From Saccharolobus islandicus REY15A (GTDB lineage Archaea; Thermoproteota; Thermoprotei_A; Sulfolobales; Sulfolobaceae): a stretch of DNA of 64,000 nucleotides. The DNA is taken from assembly GCF_000189555.1 (NCBI RefSeq), contig NC_017276.1; one strand, 5' to 3'. Positions within the stretch are counted from its first letter, which is position 1. Each line of letters begins with the position of its first letter. Shown in pieces: positions 41,576 to 50,223 of the stretch. Position numbers and translations under genes: made by a program. Below the pieces are notes generated by a model. It had not been told where the DNA came from, ran no database searches, and saw only the letters and a list, made by a program, of their open reading frames with translations.

Positions 41576-42940
41576 TTAAGCAGATGACAAGAAATTAACT
41601 ATTTTATCGAAGTAATTACGTAGTTCTCTTTTTACAAAGTCCTCTATTTTATTTTTTGTGACAATCTTACCAGGTGTTATATTGCCATCCTTGTCTACAT
41701 TAGGTTTCATATCTGTTGACAATCCTCCGTGCATCAGTGTATTCCTAAATTCCATGAGACCTGAATACCTTAGCCTTAGATAAGAAGTTACAATTTCATT
41801 ACAGTGTTTGTATTTTTCATTCTTATCATCAAACATCCCACCTCCTACTTTATTTAGGCATATTGCAACCGGTAATTCTCTAGCTAAAGATAAAGCTTTA
41901 TCGTAAATCGACGCTTTAATATAAAGGTCAAGCAAATAATTTAGTTTCTCTAAATCGTTACCCTCAATTAATAAGTCCTTAACCTTCAAAGTTGAGTCCA
42001 AATCTGAGAGAACGAGCAAAGTCTCTCCTTGAAAGTTCTTATGCTCCTCCCAGTTCTTATAAAAAGACTTCAATTTTTCTAAATCTTCTTCTAATTGGTT
42101 AATTATATTCTTTAGTTCGTTCATGGATTTTACTGCGTTAACAGTAAAACCGTTCCTTATATTCCACAGAAAATTTATTACCACGTTAACGTCAGTGCCT
42201 TTAACCCTAGTCAGTACTTTTTTCTCTTCCTCTTCAAAGATGGTTGGGTTAAGTCTACTTAACTTAGCTGAATAATCCTTGAAATACCTCTCGTCCAAAT
42301 TTTCTATGGAGGATCTTATCATTAATGAGTCATTTGTTGCTTGTACGACGTCTGTAAGTTCTACAATATTAACTATTGAGTCCTTCCCCGGCATACCCAT
42401 TACCGGTGCAGAGTAAAACTTTGCGTTAAATAATGCTCCGACGTTCATCCCAATAGATACTAGGACGTTTGTACCATGAGTTAAGTCTACTAAATATTCG
42501 TCGCAAGCCTCGTCCTTAAATATAGCATATATCGCGTTAAAGATGAAAATCGGGCTTCTCTTCTCGTTATAAGGCAACCTTTTAAGGACTTCTCTCCCTT
42601 CTTTATTCTTCTCCTTTTTAGGGGCACCGTTCTCGCACTGAATCGCTGAAGCTATTCCAACGTTAGGTATCTTCCTAATTTCAACTTTATTCATAAATTC
42701 TTCCATTCCTGCAAAGTTAAGCTCTTTAGCCCTATTAATTACTAGGTTCTTATAACACTCCTCATCGCTTACATTGTCTTTTACTAAGCTATCGGGAATT
42801 AATGCAATTACCTTATCTGGTTTAAATAAATTGTATAATGCATGAGCAGCAAAGAATGTATTTTGCGTTTGCCCGTTTAGTTCATAATTTACGATACTAT
42901 AATTACTTACGTCTCCAGCTATGTAAAATAGGCATTTCAT
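41576..42940 (-). CDS. csx1: Csx1 CARF-HEPN ribonuclease (cOA-activated); likely start ATG 42940
   Basis: DLTHG CARF motif and RNTLMH HEPN R-x4-H; matches the SisCsx1 sequence as I recall it. Confidence 0.93.
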   Translation of the reverse strand: MKCLFYIAGDVSNYSIVNYELNGQTQNTFFAAHALYNLFKPDKVIALIPDSLVKDNVSDEECYKNLVINRAKELNFAGMEEFMNKVEIRKIPNVGIASAIQCENGAPKKEKNKEGREVLKRLPYNEKRSPIFIFNAIYAIFKDEACDEYLVDLTHGTNVLVSIGMNVGALFNAKFYSAPVMGMPGKDSIVNIVELTDVVQATNDSLMIRSSIENLDERYFKDYSAKLSRLNPTIFEEEEKKVLTRVKGTDVNVVINFLWNIRNGFTVNAVKSMNELKNIINQLEEDLEKLKSFYKNWEEHKNFQGETLLVLSDLDSTLKVKDLLIEGNDLEKLNYLLDLYIKASIYDKALSLARELPVAICLNKVGGGMFDDKNEKYKHCNEIVTSYLRLRYSGLMEFRNTLMHGGLSTDMKPNVDKDGNITPGKIVTKNKIEDFVKRELRNYFDKIVNFLSSA

Positions 42941-42985
42941 AAAATAAGTGACCAAACAGTTCTATATAAAGTAAGTTAAGCAGAG

Positions 42986-43160
42986 ACATGATTGTTGTAT
43001 GAGATGTGAACAACCCCGCCCTTGCGGACGTGGCATCTCCACCTCACGATGGAGATTTCCTGCTTCTTCCAAGAAACTTACTATACACCCCTTCTGAGAA
43101 GGGAATGTATAGCAGAGGTCCCCTGTCCACAGGCTCTAAGGGCAGTCCCGACCCCGCACG
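42986..43160 (-). ncRNA. Predicted omegaRNA (right-end RNA) overlapping the tnpB 3' end; predicted guide ATCTCATACAACAATCATGT
   Basis: Established TnpB architecture; GCCTGTGGA...GAAGCAGGAA...TTCAC scaffold. Boundaries approximate. Confidence 0.65.
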
Positions 43161-44249
43161 AAGAATATTTAGAGAAGCATTATAGTCACGATCTACAGCC
43201 CAACCGCACTTAGGACATGAGAATATACGGTCAGCCAAAGTCAAATCCTTCTTAACGTAACCGCACCTAGCACACGTCTTAGAAGTATTCCTCGGATCTA
43301 CTTTCACTACCCTCCTACCAGCTCTTTCAGCCTTGTAGGAGAGATAGCTCACAAACTTGGAGAAGTTAGAATGAAGAATATGCTTTCTCAAAACTTTACT
43401 TTCACTATCCTCAACTATATCCTTTACATCAAGATCTTCCACGTATATCTCATCATACTCTTCTACTAACCACGAAGTTACCTTATGAATATAATCACTC
43501 ATCACGTTCTTCACATGCTCGTGAAGCTTAGCTAGTTTTTTCCTAACCTTCTCGTAGTTTCTAGATCCCTTCTTTTTCCTTGACAATGATTGTTGCAAAA
43601 TCTTTATCCTCCTCTCGACCTTATCAAAAACCTTAGGGTTCTCTATTACTACACCGTCAGAGGTGGTTACGAGTTTCTCCACTCCTAGGTCTATTCCAAC
43701 CACTTTCCCAGCCTTTTCAAGAGGCTTCTTTTCAACCTCGACTTGAAAGATAGCATACCATCCAGTTACACTCTTCTTTATTATTACCCCTTTTACCTCG
43801 CCTTCTAATGGTCTGTGAAAAAGCACTTTAATCTCCCCTATCTTTGAGAGGATCAGCTTGTCTCCCTCAACCTTGAAACCAGATTGATTATAGTTGATGA
43901 TCTTCATGATCTTCTTGTACCTCAGTTTCCCCACTTTCTTCCCTTTCTTCCTCAGTTCGTGAAGAGCATTGATGTTGTACCATAATTGGTTGTTAACCAT
44001 TTGAAGGGCTTTAGAGTAAACTAGTTCCTTCCCTTCTATTTTCAAGTCCCTCAACATGTTTTGAGTATCCTTAGGTGTTATCTTTTTCCCTTCTTTCCTC
44101 GCGTTATTCACCACGTCTAACAAGGCATTGTATACTTTAGCCTCAATTTGCATCACTTTGATGAGTTTCTCCTCTACTTCTCTCGTTGGGTAAATCTTGT
44201 ACTTGAATGAGAGTTGGGTCTTGTCATTCTTCTCCTTGGCTCTCCACAT
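43044..44249 (-). CDS. tnpB: TnpB RNA-guided nuclease (401 aa)
   Basis: RuvC GIDLG / VEDL / DRDYNAS intact; CARC...CPKC zinc finger. Confidence 0.93.
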   Translation of the reverse strand: MWRAKEKNDKTQLSFKYKIYPTREVEEKLIKVMQIEAKVYNALLDVVNNARKEGKKITPKDTQNMLRDLKIEGKELVYSKALQMVNNQLWYNINALHELRKKGKKVGKLRYKKIMKIINYNQSGFKVEGDKLILSKIGEIKVLFHRPLEGEVKGVIIKKSVTGWYAIFQVEVEKKPLEKAGKVVGIDLGVEKLVTTSDGVVIENPKVFDKVERRIKILQQSLSRKKKGSRNYEKVRKKLAKLHEHVKNVMSDYIHKVTSWLVEEYDEIYVEDLDVKDIVEDSESKVLRKHILHSNFSKFVSYLSYKAERAGRRVVKVDPRNTSKTCARCGYVKKDLTLADRIFSCPKCGWAVDRDYNASLNILRAGSGLPLEPVDRGPLLYIPFSEGVYSKFLGRSRKSPS

Positions 44250-44631
44250 ATTTTTTCAGTACCTCCAATGTTACTTGTCCGCTCGTAGCTAAGAAGTAAG
44301 AAGGTGACCAGAAGTGCCCTTTCCATAATTTTTCCTTTACTTGTGGAAATTTTCTCTGTATTTCCCTAGACGTGATTGTCTTTATTGTGTTCACGTACCT
44401 GGGTATATTTAGGGTTGGTTTTGCTTTGAATAACATGTGGAAGTGATCCTTATCTACTCCTATGTCTATGACTTCAACCTCGAACGTTTTGCTTATTTCC
44501 TGAATTTGTTCCTTTAGGAAGTTGATTATTTCTTCATTATCGAACACCTTTCTGCGGTACTTCACCACCTGGACATAGTGGTAATAAAGAGCGTAAACCG
44601 AATGCGATCCTCTGTCCAATCTGTACCGCAT
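44224..44631 (-). CDS. tnpA: IS200-family Y1 (HUH) transposase TnpA
   Basis: DKDHFHML HUH motif and FWSPSYF...YVESQ catalytic Tyr. Confidence 0.93.
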   Translation of the reverse strand: MRYRLDRGSHSVYALYYHYVQVVKYRRKVFDNEEIINFLKEQIQEISKTFEVEVIDIGVDKDHFHMLFKAKPTLNIPRYVNTIKTITSREIQRKFPQVKEKLWKGHFWSPSYFLATSGQVTLEVLKKYVESQGEE

Positions 44632-44698
44632 AGTTATATCTATTTTTTAATAACTATAAAAAGGTTTCTATAAGGGGGCTATCCATCCCCTCCCTCAC

Positions 44699-45906
44699 CG
44701 GTAGACCCAAAATCATATTAGAAAAAATATTTCTGGTAGGATAATATCGAATTTATAAAAGATAAAGAAATTTATAAGAGTATAAAGAATTCAATTGAAG
44801 AAAGGGTTTAAGGTGAGGGAGATGGCGTATTACCATGTGAATAACCAAGATGGTAACACCAGGTCTCCCTCACCAAAATTCAACAAATAGGATATAAATT
44901 ACTTTCCATGTTGAACTTCCAAGGGGAAAAGGTAGAGGAGGTAGCGAAAACTCTCATCTCCGCGTGTTTGTGGAACGATTCAGTAGAGAACAAGTCCAGA
45001 GCGTATGACGTATCCCCACAGACCGTGAGGAATTACGTAGAGAAACAAGGGATGGAAGTGACTGAAAAGCTATTGGAAAGAGCTAGGAAAATATCCTTGG
45101 AGATATTAAAGGGAGTGAATGAGATAGATCTTTCAATAGACTGGACAACCAAGACATGGTACGGGAAACCAGTGAAAGGGCTCGGGAGCTCTGAAAAAGG
45201 AAACTCGTGGAACTACGCAACTGCAACAACCAAGTATAAGGGGAAAGTGCTTTTACTTGCCGCAAGTGAACGGTATGACTAAGGACGAGATAGTGAAGGC
45301 TCTTGTTGAACAAGTAATGGCAATGGGATTCAAGATAAGGTTGATAACTCTTGACGCTGGTTTCTATACTGTTGACGTGCTCAACTTCATTTCACAGTTT
45401 AAGTACATAATTGCTGTTCCGGTTGGGGACGTGAAGGTGTACGAGGAGTTTGACGGGGATTACACAACTAATAGTAAGAGGCATAGGAGGGATGAGCAGG
45501 TCAAGTTCAGGCTTCTCGTGTACAGCAAGGAAAAAGTGGGGAGAAAGAAGAAGAGTCTTGTTTACTTCGCTAGGGCTACTAACCTAGACCTATCCAAGAG
45601 GGAAGTGTTGGATTTGTACAATAAGGTAAGAGGTCCCATAGAGACCTCTTATAGGAACATTAAGGCTTTTCTTCCATTTACTAGTTCTACTAAGTTTGTT
45701 TTCCGCACGTTGATCTTCGTGCTGGCCCTTGTACTCTACTCCTTATATACCATATTCAAGGGGGAGGTGGGGAGAGAGGAGTTTAGATTATTATTAATTC
45801 TTTTATTTCCTGATTTATTCAATCCAGAGACTTTTACATTTGATGTAATTGAAACGCTTATTTATACTATAGATTTATTTTTAAGGAGGTGATTTTGGGT
45901 CTACCG
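44699..45906 (+). mobile_element. ISH3-family element (ISC1200/ISC1225-like, 1208 bp); transposase frameshifted by an 8-bp deletion near 45260
   Basis: 17-bp TIR CGGTAGACCCAAAATCA; TCAC duplicated at 44695-44698 and 45907-45910; deletion seen against the copy at 58241. Confidence 0.9.
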
Positions 45907-45953
45907 TCACGGAAGGGGACTTTCGCCCCCTTAACCCCTAATTAAGTTAAATT

Positions 45954-46184
45954 ATGGGCAAAAGCGTGGTAATCTCGGTAAGGATTCCGGAAGAGCTGAA
46001 GGAGGAGTTGGAAAAATATAACATTGATGAGGCAGAAGTAGTAAGAAGAGCTTTAATAAACGAAGTAAAGAAGGCTAAAGCTAAAGAGCTTGAAAAGGAG
46101 GCTAAGGAAATTAAGGAGGTTCTGAGTAAAATACCTATCGAGGACGTAATCAAGGAAATTAGAGAAGACAGGGAGGAGCGTTAA
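45954..46184 (+). CDS. vapB: VapB/RHH antitoxin
   Basis: VISVRIPEELKEELE RHH pattern, upstream of a PIN gene. Confidence 0.8.
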   Translation: MGKSVVISVRIPEELKEELEKYNIDEAEVVRRALINEVKKAKAKELEKEAKEIKEVLSKIPIEDVIKEIREDREER

Positions 46185-46241
46185 ATAAAAAATGGAGATA
46201 ATACTTGAGCCACGCGTTATTTAATCCTAGGTAGATAACGC

Positions 46242-46630
46242 TTGAGTTACGTTTTTGATTCTTCATCAATTTATGCACTGCTAACGAAGGGTAAAATTAA
46301 CTTCTTGGAGGAAATTATACAGTATTTCTGGCGAAGTTAGAGCTGGGGAATATAGTTTGGAAAGAGGCGTTTCTTCACAAGAGGATAAGCAGGGAAGAAG
46401 GGTTAAGATTACTCTCTTTCATTTCCAAAGTGTTGAATACCATGAATCTAGAGGACGTAAACTGCAAGGAGACCGAGGAAATTGCACTGGATTATGGCAT
46501 AACTTTTTACGACGCTTCCTACGTTTGGTTGGCAAGGAAGCTTGATTTGCCTTTAATTACTGAGGATAATAAGCTCAGGAAAGCAGTAGAGAAGGATTTG
46601 AAAGTTTTGTCAACTAAGGATATAAAGTGA
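46242..46630 (+). pseudogene. vapC: VapC PIN toxin frameshifted near 46310
   Basis: TTG 46242 gives YVFDSSSI; the shifted frame gives ELGNIVWK...ITFYDASY...LITED. Confidence 0.8.
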
Positions 46631-46840
46631 GAAATGTAAATATATATAAAGACAAAATCTTTAAGTTAATTAAGATGAAATTAATAGAAATTCTAAGATG
46701 CGAGTCTTTCTAATTAGCTTAAAAAGTATGAAAATTAAATATGCGTTCAAATCTATTGGATTAACTAAGAGAATAGCATGTAGAAAACGTGAATTATCAA
46801 TTAGGGAAAACTTATAATTAATAGTTGTAAATCATTTATT

Positions 46841-47623
46841 GTGACCAAGAGTTATTTAATCCTAGCCTACGCAATAACTCCAGTCCACGTGGGAATGGGT
46901 AGAGCTCCAGGCGTAGTGGATTTACCGTTCCAAAGAGATTCAATAGGTTATCCAATAGTCTATGGCTCTAGCTTTAAGGGAGTTTTAAAGTCAACATTAA
47001 TGAGTAAAAACAATAAGCTTGCAAAGTGCGTATTTGGAGCAGAACCAGAAGATTCTGAGAAGTACATGGGTAGGTTTATAGTTACTGATCTCATACCAGT
47101 TTTTTACCCTATTGCCAGTCTAGATGGATACGTTTATGTTTCTACTGATTACTTGATAAAGAAAGCTGAAGACATCTTAAGTGTGGTTAGAGGTGGTACA
47201 AATAATAATATATATAATAAGAATGACAAAGGAGAGGAAGTAAATATATTGCTTGGCAGATTAAAATCACCTTATACTCTTACTCTCACCGTGAAAGGTA
47301 TAGGTAGTTTAATAAAAGACAAGGTTTATGTATTCGATAACGACGTAGGGTTACAAGTTATTGAATCTTCACTTATAAGAGTTACGAGGAACGTATTAAA
47401 CGATGAAAATAAAACGTCTCAAAATTTGTGGACTGAGGAGTATTTACCGCAAGGAACAGTATTTATAGGAGGAATTATTGACGCCGAAAGAACTAACGAA
47501 TTGTGTAAAGATGTTGGTGACGTTGATAATATGCTTAGGGAAAACTTAGATAATATCTCTGTATTCCTAGGAGGTAAGGAAACTATAGGTAAAGGACTTG
47601 TAAGAATAAAGGTGATTTCATGA
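46841..47623 (+). CDS. cmr4: Cmr4 (Cas7-group backbone RNase)
   Basis: TPVHVG, VVDLPFQRD, GSSFKG, LWTEEY, FLGGKETIGKG. Confidence 0.93.
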   Translation: MTKSYLILAYAITPVHVGMGRAPGVVDLPFQRDSIGYPIVYGSSFKGVLKSTLMSKNNKLAKCVFGAEPEDSEKYMGRFIVTDLIPVFYPIASLDGYVYVSTDYLIKKAEDILSVVRGGTNNNIYNKNDKGEEVNILLGRLKSPYTLTLTVKGIGSLIKDKVYVFDNDVGLQVIESSLIRVTRNVLNDENKTSQNLWTEEYLPQGTVFIGGIIDAERTNELCKDVGDVDNMLRENLDNISVFLGGKETIGKGLVRIKVIS

Positions 47624-48090
47624 GCGAATTTGTTAACTTCGCTGCAAGTATAGGTAAAAGGATTATAACTGCAAATTGCCAAATAGAGAAGGACTCAAGC
47701 AAGCCTGGATTAGTTAGGAGAGCTGTTGATTTTCCTTCACTAATGTTAAGCTTAGGTTTTTCTCCAGCTTTCACGTTCTATATCTCTAAAATAGAGAAAT
47801 ATGAGAACGTGTATAAGGTATATCAGACTTTGAAAGGTAACAATGCCGATAATTCGGTTATATGTGAAGAATTACAAAAGAAAGAAAGTGCAGGCTATTC
47901 AGGTTATGTGGGCATATTACTGGTTACGTTAGAAAAAATAGGCAAGAATATTTCGGTCTCTCCGGATGTAAATAAATTATATTCAGCCTTAATCGACTTA
48001 GCTACTAAAGTAGACTTTAAGGACGAGAGAATTATATTACCTTACTTGAACGAGATAAAGAAGGTTATGGAGGCGTTACCATATGAGTGA
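47620..48090 (+). CDS. cmr5: Cmr5 (Cas11 small subunit)
   Basis: Small helical protein with FPSLM.SLG..P.; operon position. Confidence 0.85.
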   Translation: MSEFVNFAASIGKRIITANCQIEKDSSKPGLVRRAVDFPSLMLSLGFSPAFTFYISKIEKYENVYKVYQTLKGNNADNSVICEELQKKESAGYSGYVGILLVTLEKIGKNISVSPDVNKLYSALIDLATKVDFKDERIILPYLNEIKKVMEALPYE

Positions 48091-49486
48091 GAAAATAAAT
48101 TTAGAAAATTTAGATGCTCAAATTGATAGATTGGTAAAACAAAGATTGATAGCAGAAATAGTATTTAAAGGAATTACTCCATGGTGGGGTGGGGATTATA
48201 ACGGATTTACTTCTAACTATGTTGACGAAGAAGAAATAGTCGGTAGATTAAGATGGTTCTTAAGGACTGTATATAATAGATTTTGCGTAAATAATTTAAG
48301 TGATTATGAAGAGGCAGAAAGAAGAGTTTCTGAGTATTTAGGTTCTACCAATAATAAGTCTATATATACATTTAAGGTAAGAAATGTTAAGGTAAGAAAT
48401 GGAAATTATTCTTATCTTCAACGAGTATCGTTTATACTTCAAGGAAAGCCGCGTGATCTACAAGATAGATTCTTGCCAAAGAACGTTGATGTCTTAGTTC
48501 TAGATATTTATAGTAGAAAAGCAAGTAATTACGATAAGATAATAATAGATGGGCTATTAATAACTTTGGCATTCTTAGGAATAGGTAAAGGAGCAAATAG
48601 AGGTTTCGGGAGATTTATACCAATTAATTGCGATAATTTGCAAAATACTGTATGTAATAATATAATTAAAGGTGATATTATAGGAGCATTCAGTAAATTT
48701 TATGATGAATTTAAAAATGAAGAGAAATGTAATAAAGTTAATAAATGGATAGAATCTGCCGTTCCTTTAGCTCCTTTAACTCAAACTTCTGAAGACTCTA
48801 TATCTAAAACTGGATGCAAAAACAGTGAAATAAATACTCTTCTTGACATAATTCAGACTGCATTATTGAAATCTACGCTAAAGGAAAATTCTTATAATAT
48901 GAATGTTAAAGATCCAGGACCATTTATTCATACATGGATATATGGTTTGCCTAGACACTCAAAAGTTCCACGTAAAATTAATCAATGTTCGATGGATGTC
49001 GAGAAAGACAACCTTAGTGTCAAAGATGAAGAGGTTAAGAAATTACAAAAGATGGGCTATTTTGAATTAAATGGCGATAAATTGGTAGAACCTAGGAGGC
49101 AATCTATGCTCATTATCTCTCCAGTTTTTGATGGAAATACTTACAGTATTTATGTCCTTCCTTTCTTATCTCTTAAGGATAACGAAGAGGAACTAAACAA
49201 GCTCGTTCATAAGGGAATTCATATTACTAGCAATATTATACACTTGGCAAGTGTTAAAAGTATTCTTAAAGGTAATAACTTAATAGGAACTGAGACGCAA
49301 CTTATAAATAAAAGGAGTGATTTGTCAAAAGGAAATTTACAGACCTTAATTGTAAATTATATTAGAGAACTTATATTAAATATCAGTAAACAGTGCAAAG
49401 GAAATACAACTTCTCTAAAGATAGATAAATCTAGAGTAACATCTAGAAGTCAAGGAAAAAGCGGAGGTGGATATTTACGCAAGTGA
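48083..49486 (+). CDS. cmr1: Cmr1 (RAMP)
   Basis: ITPWWGG, GRLRWFLR, GIGKGANRGFG, FGLP-like YGLPR. Confidence 0.88.
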   Translation: MSEKINLENLDAQIDRLVKQRLIAEIVFKGITPWWGGDYNGFTSNYVDEEEIVGRLRWFLRTVYNRFCVNNLSDYEEAERRVSEYLGSTNNKSIYTFKVRNVKVRNGNYSYLQRVSFILQGKPRDLQDRFLPKNVDVLVLDIYSRKASNYDKIIIDGLLITLAFLGIGKGANRGFGRFIPINCDNLQNTVCNNIIKGDIIGAFSKFYDEFKNEEKCNKVNKWIESAVPLAPLTQTSEDSISKTGCKNSEINTLLDIIQTALLKSTLKENSYNMNVKDPGPFIHTWIYGLPRHSKVPRKINQCSMDVEKDNLSVKDEEVKKLQKMGYFELNGDKLVEPRRQSMLIISPVFDGNTYSIYVLPFLSLKDNEEELNKLVHKGIHITSNIIHLASVKSILKGNNLIGTETQLINKRSDLSKGNLQTLIVNYIRELILNISKQCKGNTTSLKIDKSRVTSRSQGKSGGGYLRK

Positions 49487-50223
49487 TGCAAGGTAATCGG
49501 ATTCTTAATGCTATAAAAACTTACATTGAGCATCTAAGAGATGGAGATGTATCCGATATAAAATTGCAAGCTAAGGAAAAAGCGATGAGACAATTATTCT
49601 CGTATAGATTAAACATTAACCTAGTTAATGCTTATATTAACGATGTACGAAATGCTCTAGAGAAGTCCAATATATGCTTTATAGAAATAAAATTCAAGAC
49701 ACTACGTAAGTTTATTTCCGGATGGGGGCCAATATACTTTATAACCGAAGTGCCTATGGCTTGGGACTTAATATTAGACGTGCCTTATATCTCAAGCTCT
49801 TCTATTAAAGGAATAGTAAGAGACTACTTTAAGGAATTAACAAATGACGATAAGAAGACCTCGTGCATATTTGGGGGCACCAATGGAGTAGGAAAAGTAA
49901 TATTTTTTAATGCGTATCCAATATCTTCTGGCAAGATATTAGACTACGATATTATATCTCCACATTATAATGGTGCAGATAACGAATACGATGTAAATCC
50001 AGTTCCGATAAAGTTCTTAACAATAAGCGAAGGAGTAGATTTTGTAACATTCATAGCATTTGATAAGAAGGAATTGGAAGAATGCGGTAAAGATTCGTTA
50101 TCCCAATTATTACAATCCTTCTTATTTTCAATGAAAATGGGTTGGGGAAGAAGGACTAGTAGGGGTTATGGTGATTTAGAAATTATATCTAAGCAGGTGG
50201 AATTAAAATGTCCGAGTTCTTAA
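49483..50223 (+). CDS. cmr6: Cmr6 (RAMP)
   Basis: PYISSSSIKG, DIISPHY, PVPIKFL, GWGRRTSRGYG. Confidence 0.9.
   Translation: MMQGNRILNAIKTYIEHLRDGDVSDIKLQAKEKAMRQLFSYRLNINLVNAYINDVRNALEKSNICFIEIKFKTLRKFISGWGPIYFITEVPMAWDLILDVPYISSSSIKGIVRDYFKELTNDDKKTSCIFGGTNGVGKVIFFNAYPISSGKILDYDIISPHYNGADNEYDVNPVPIKFLTISEGVDFVTFIAFDKKELEECGKDSLSQLLQSFLFSMKMGWGRRTSRGYGDLEIISKQVELKCPSS

Larger units (their letters stand above)
43006..45936 (-). mobile_element. IS200/IS605 element (ISC1733-like, ~1719 bp without the insert) with its left end interrupted by ISH3
   Basis: Inserted 3' of TTTAA (plus 45937-45941); right end TTCAC at 43006; carries tnpA and tnpB. Confidence 0.92.
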
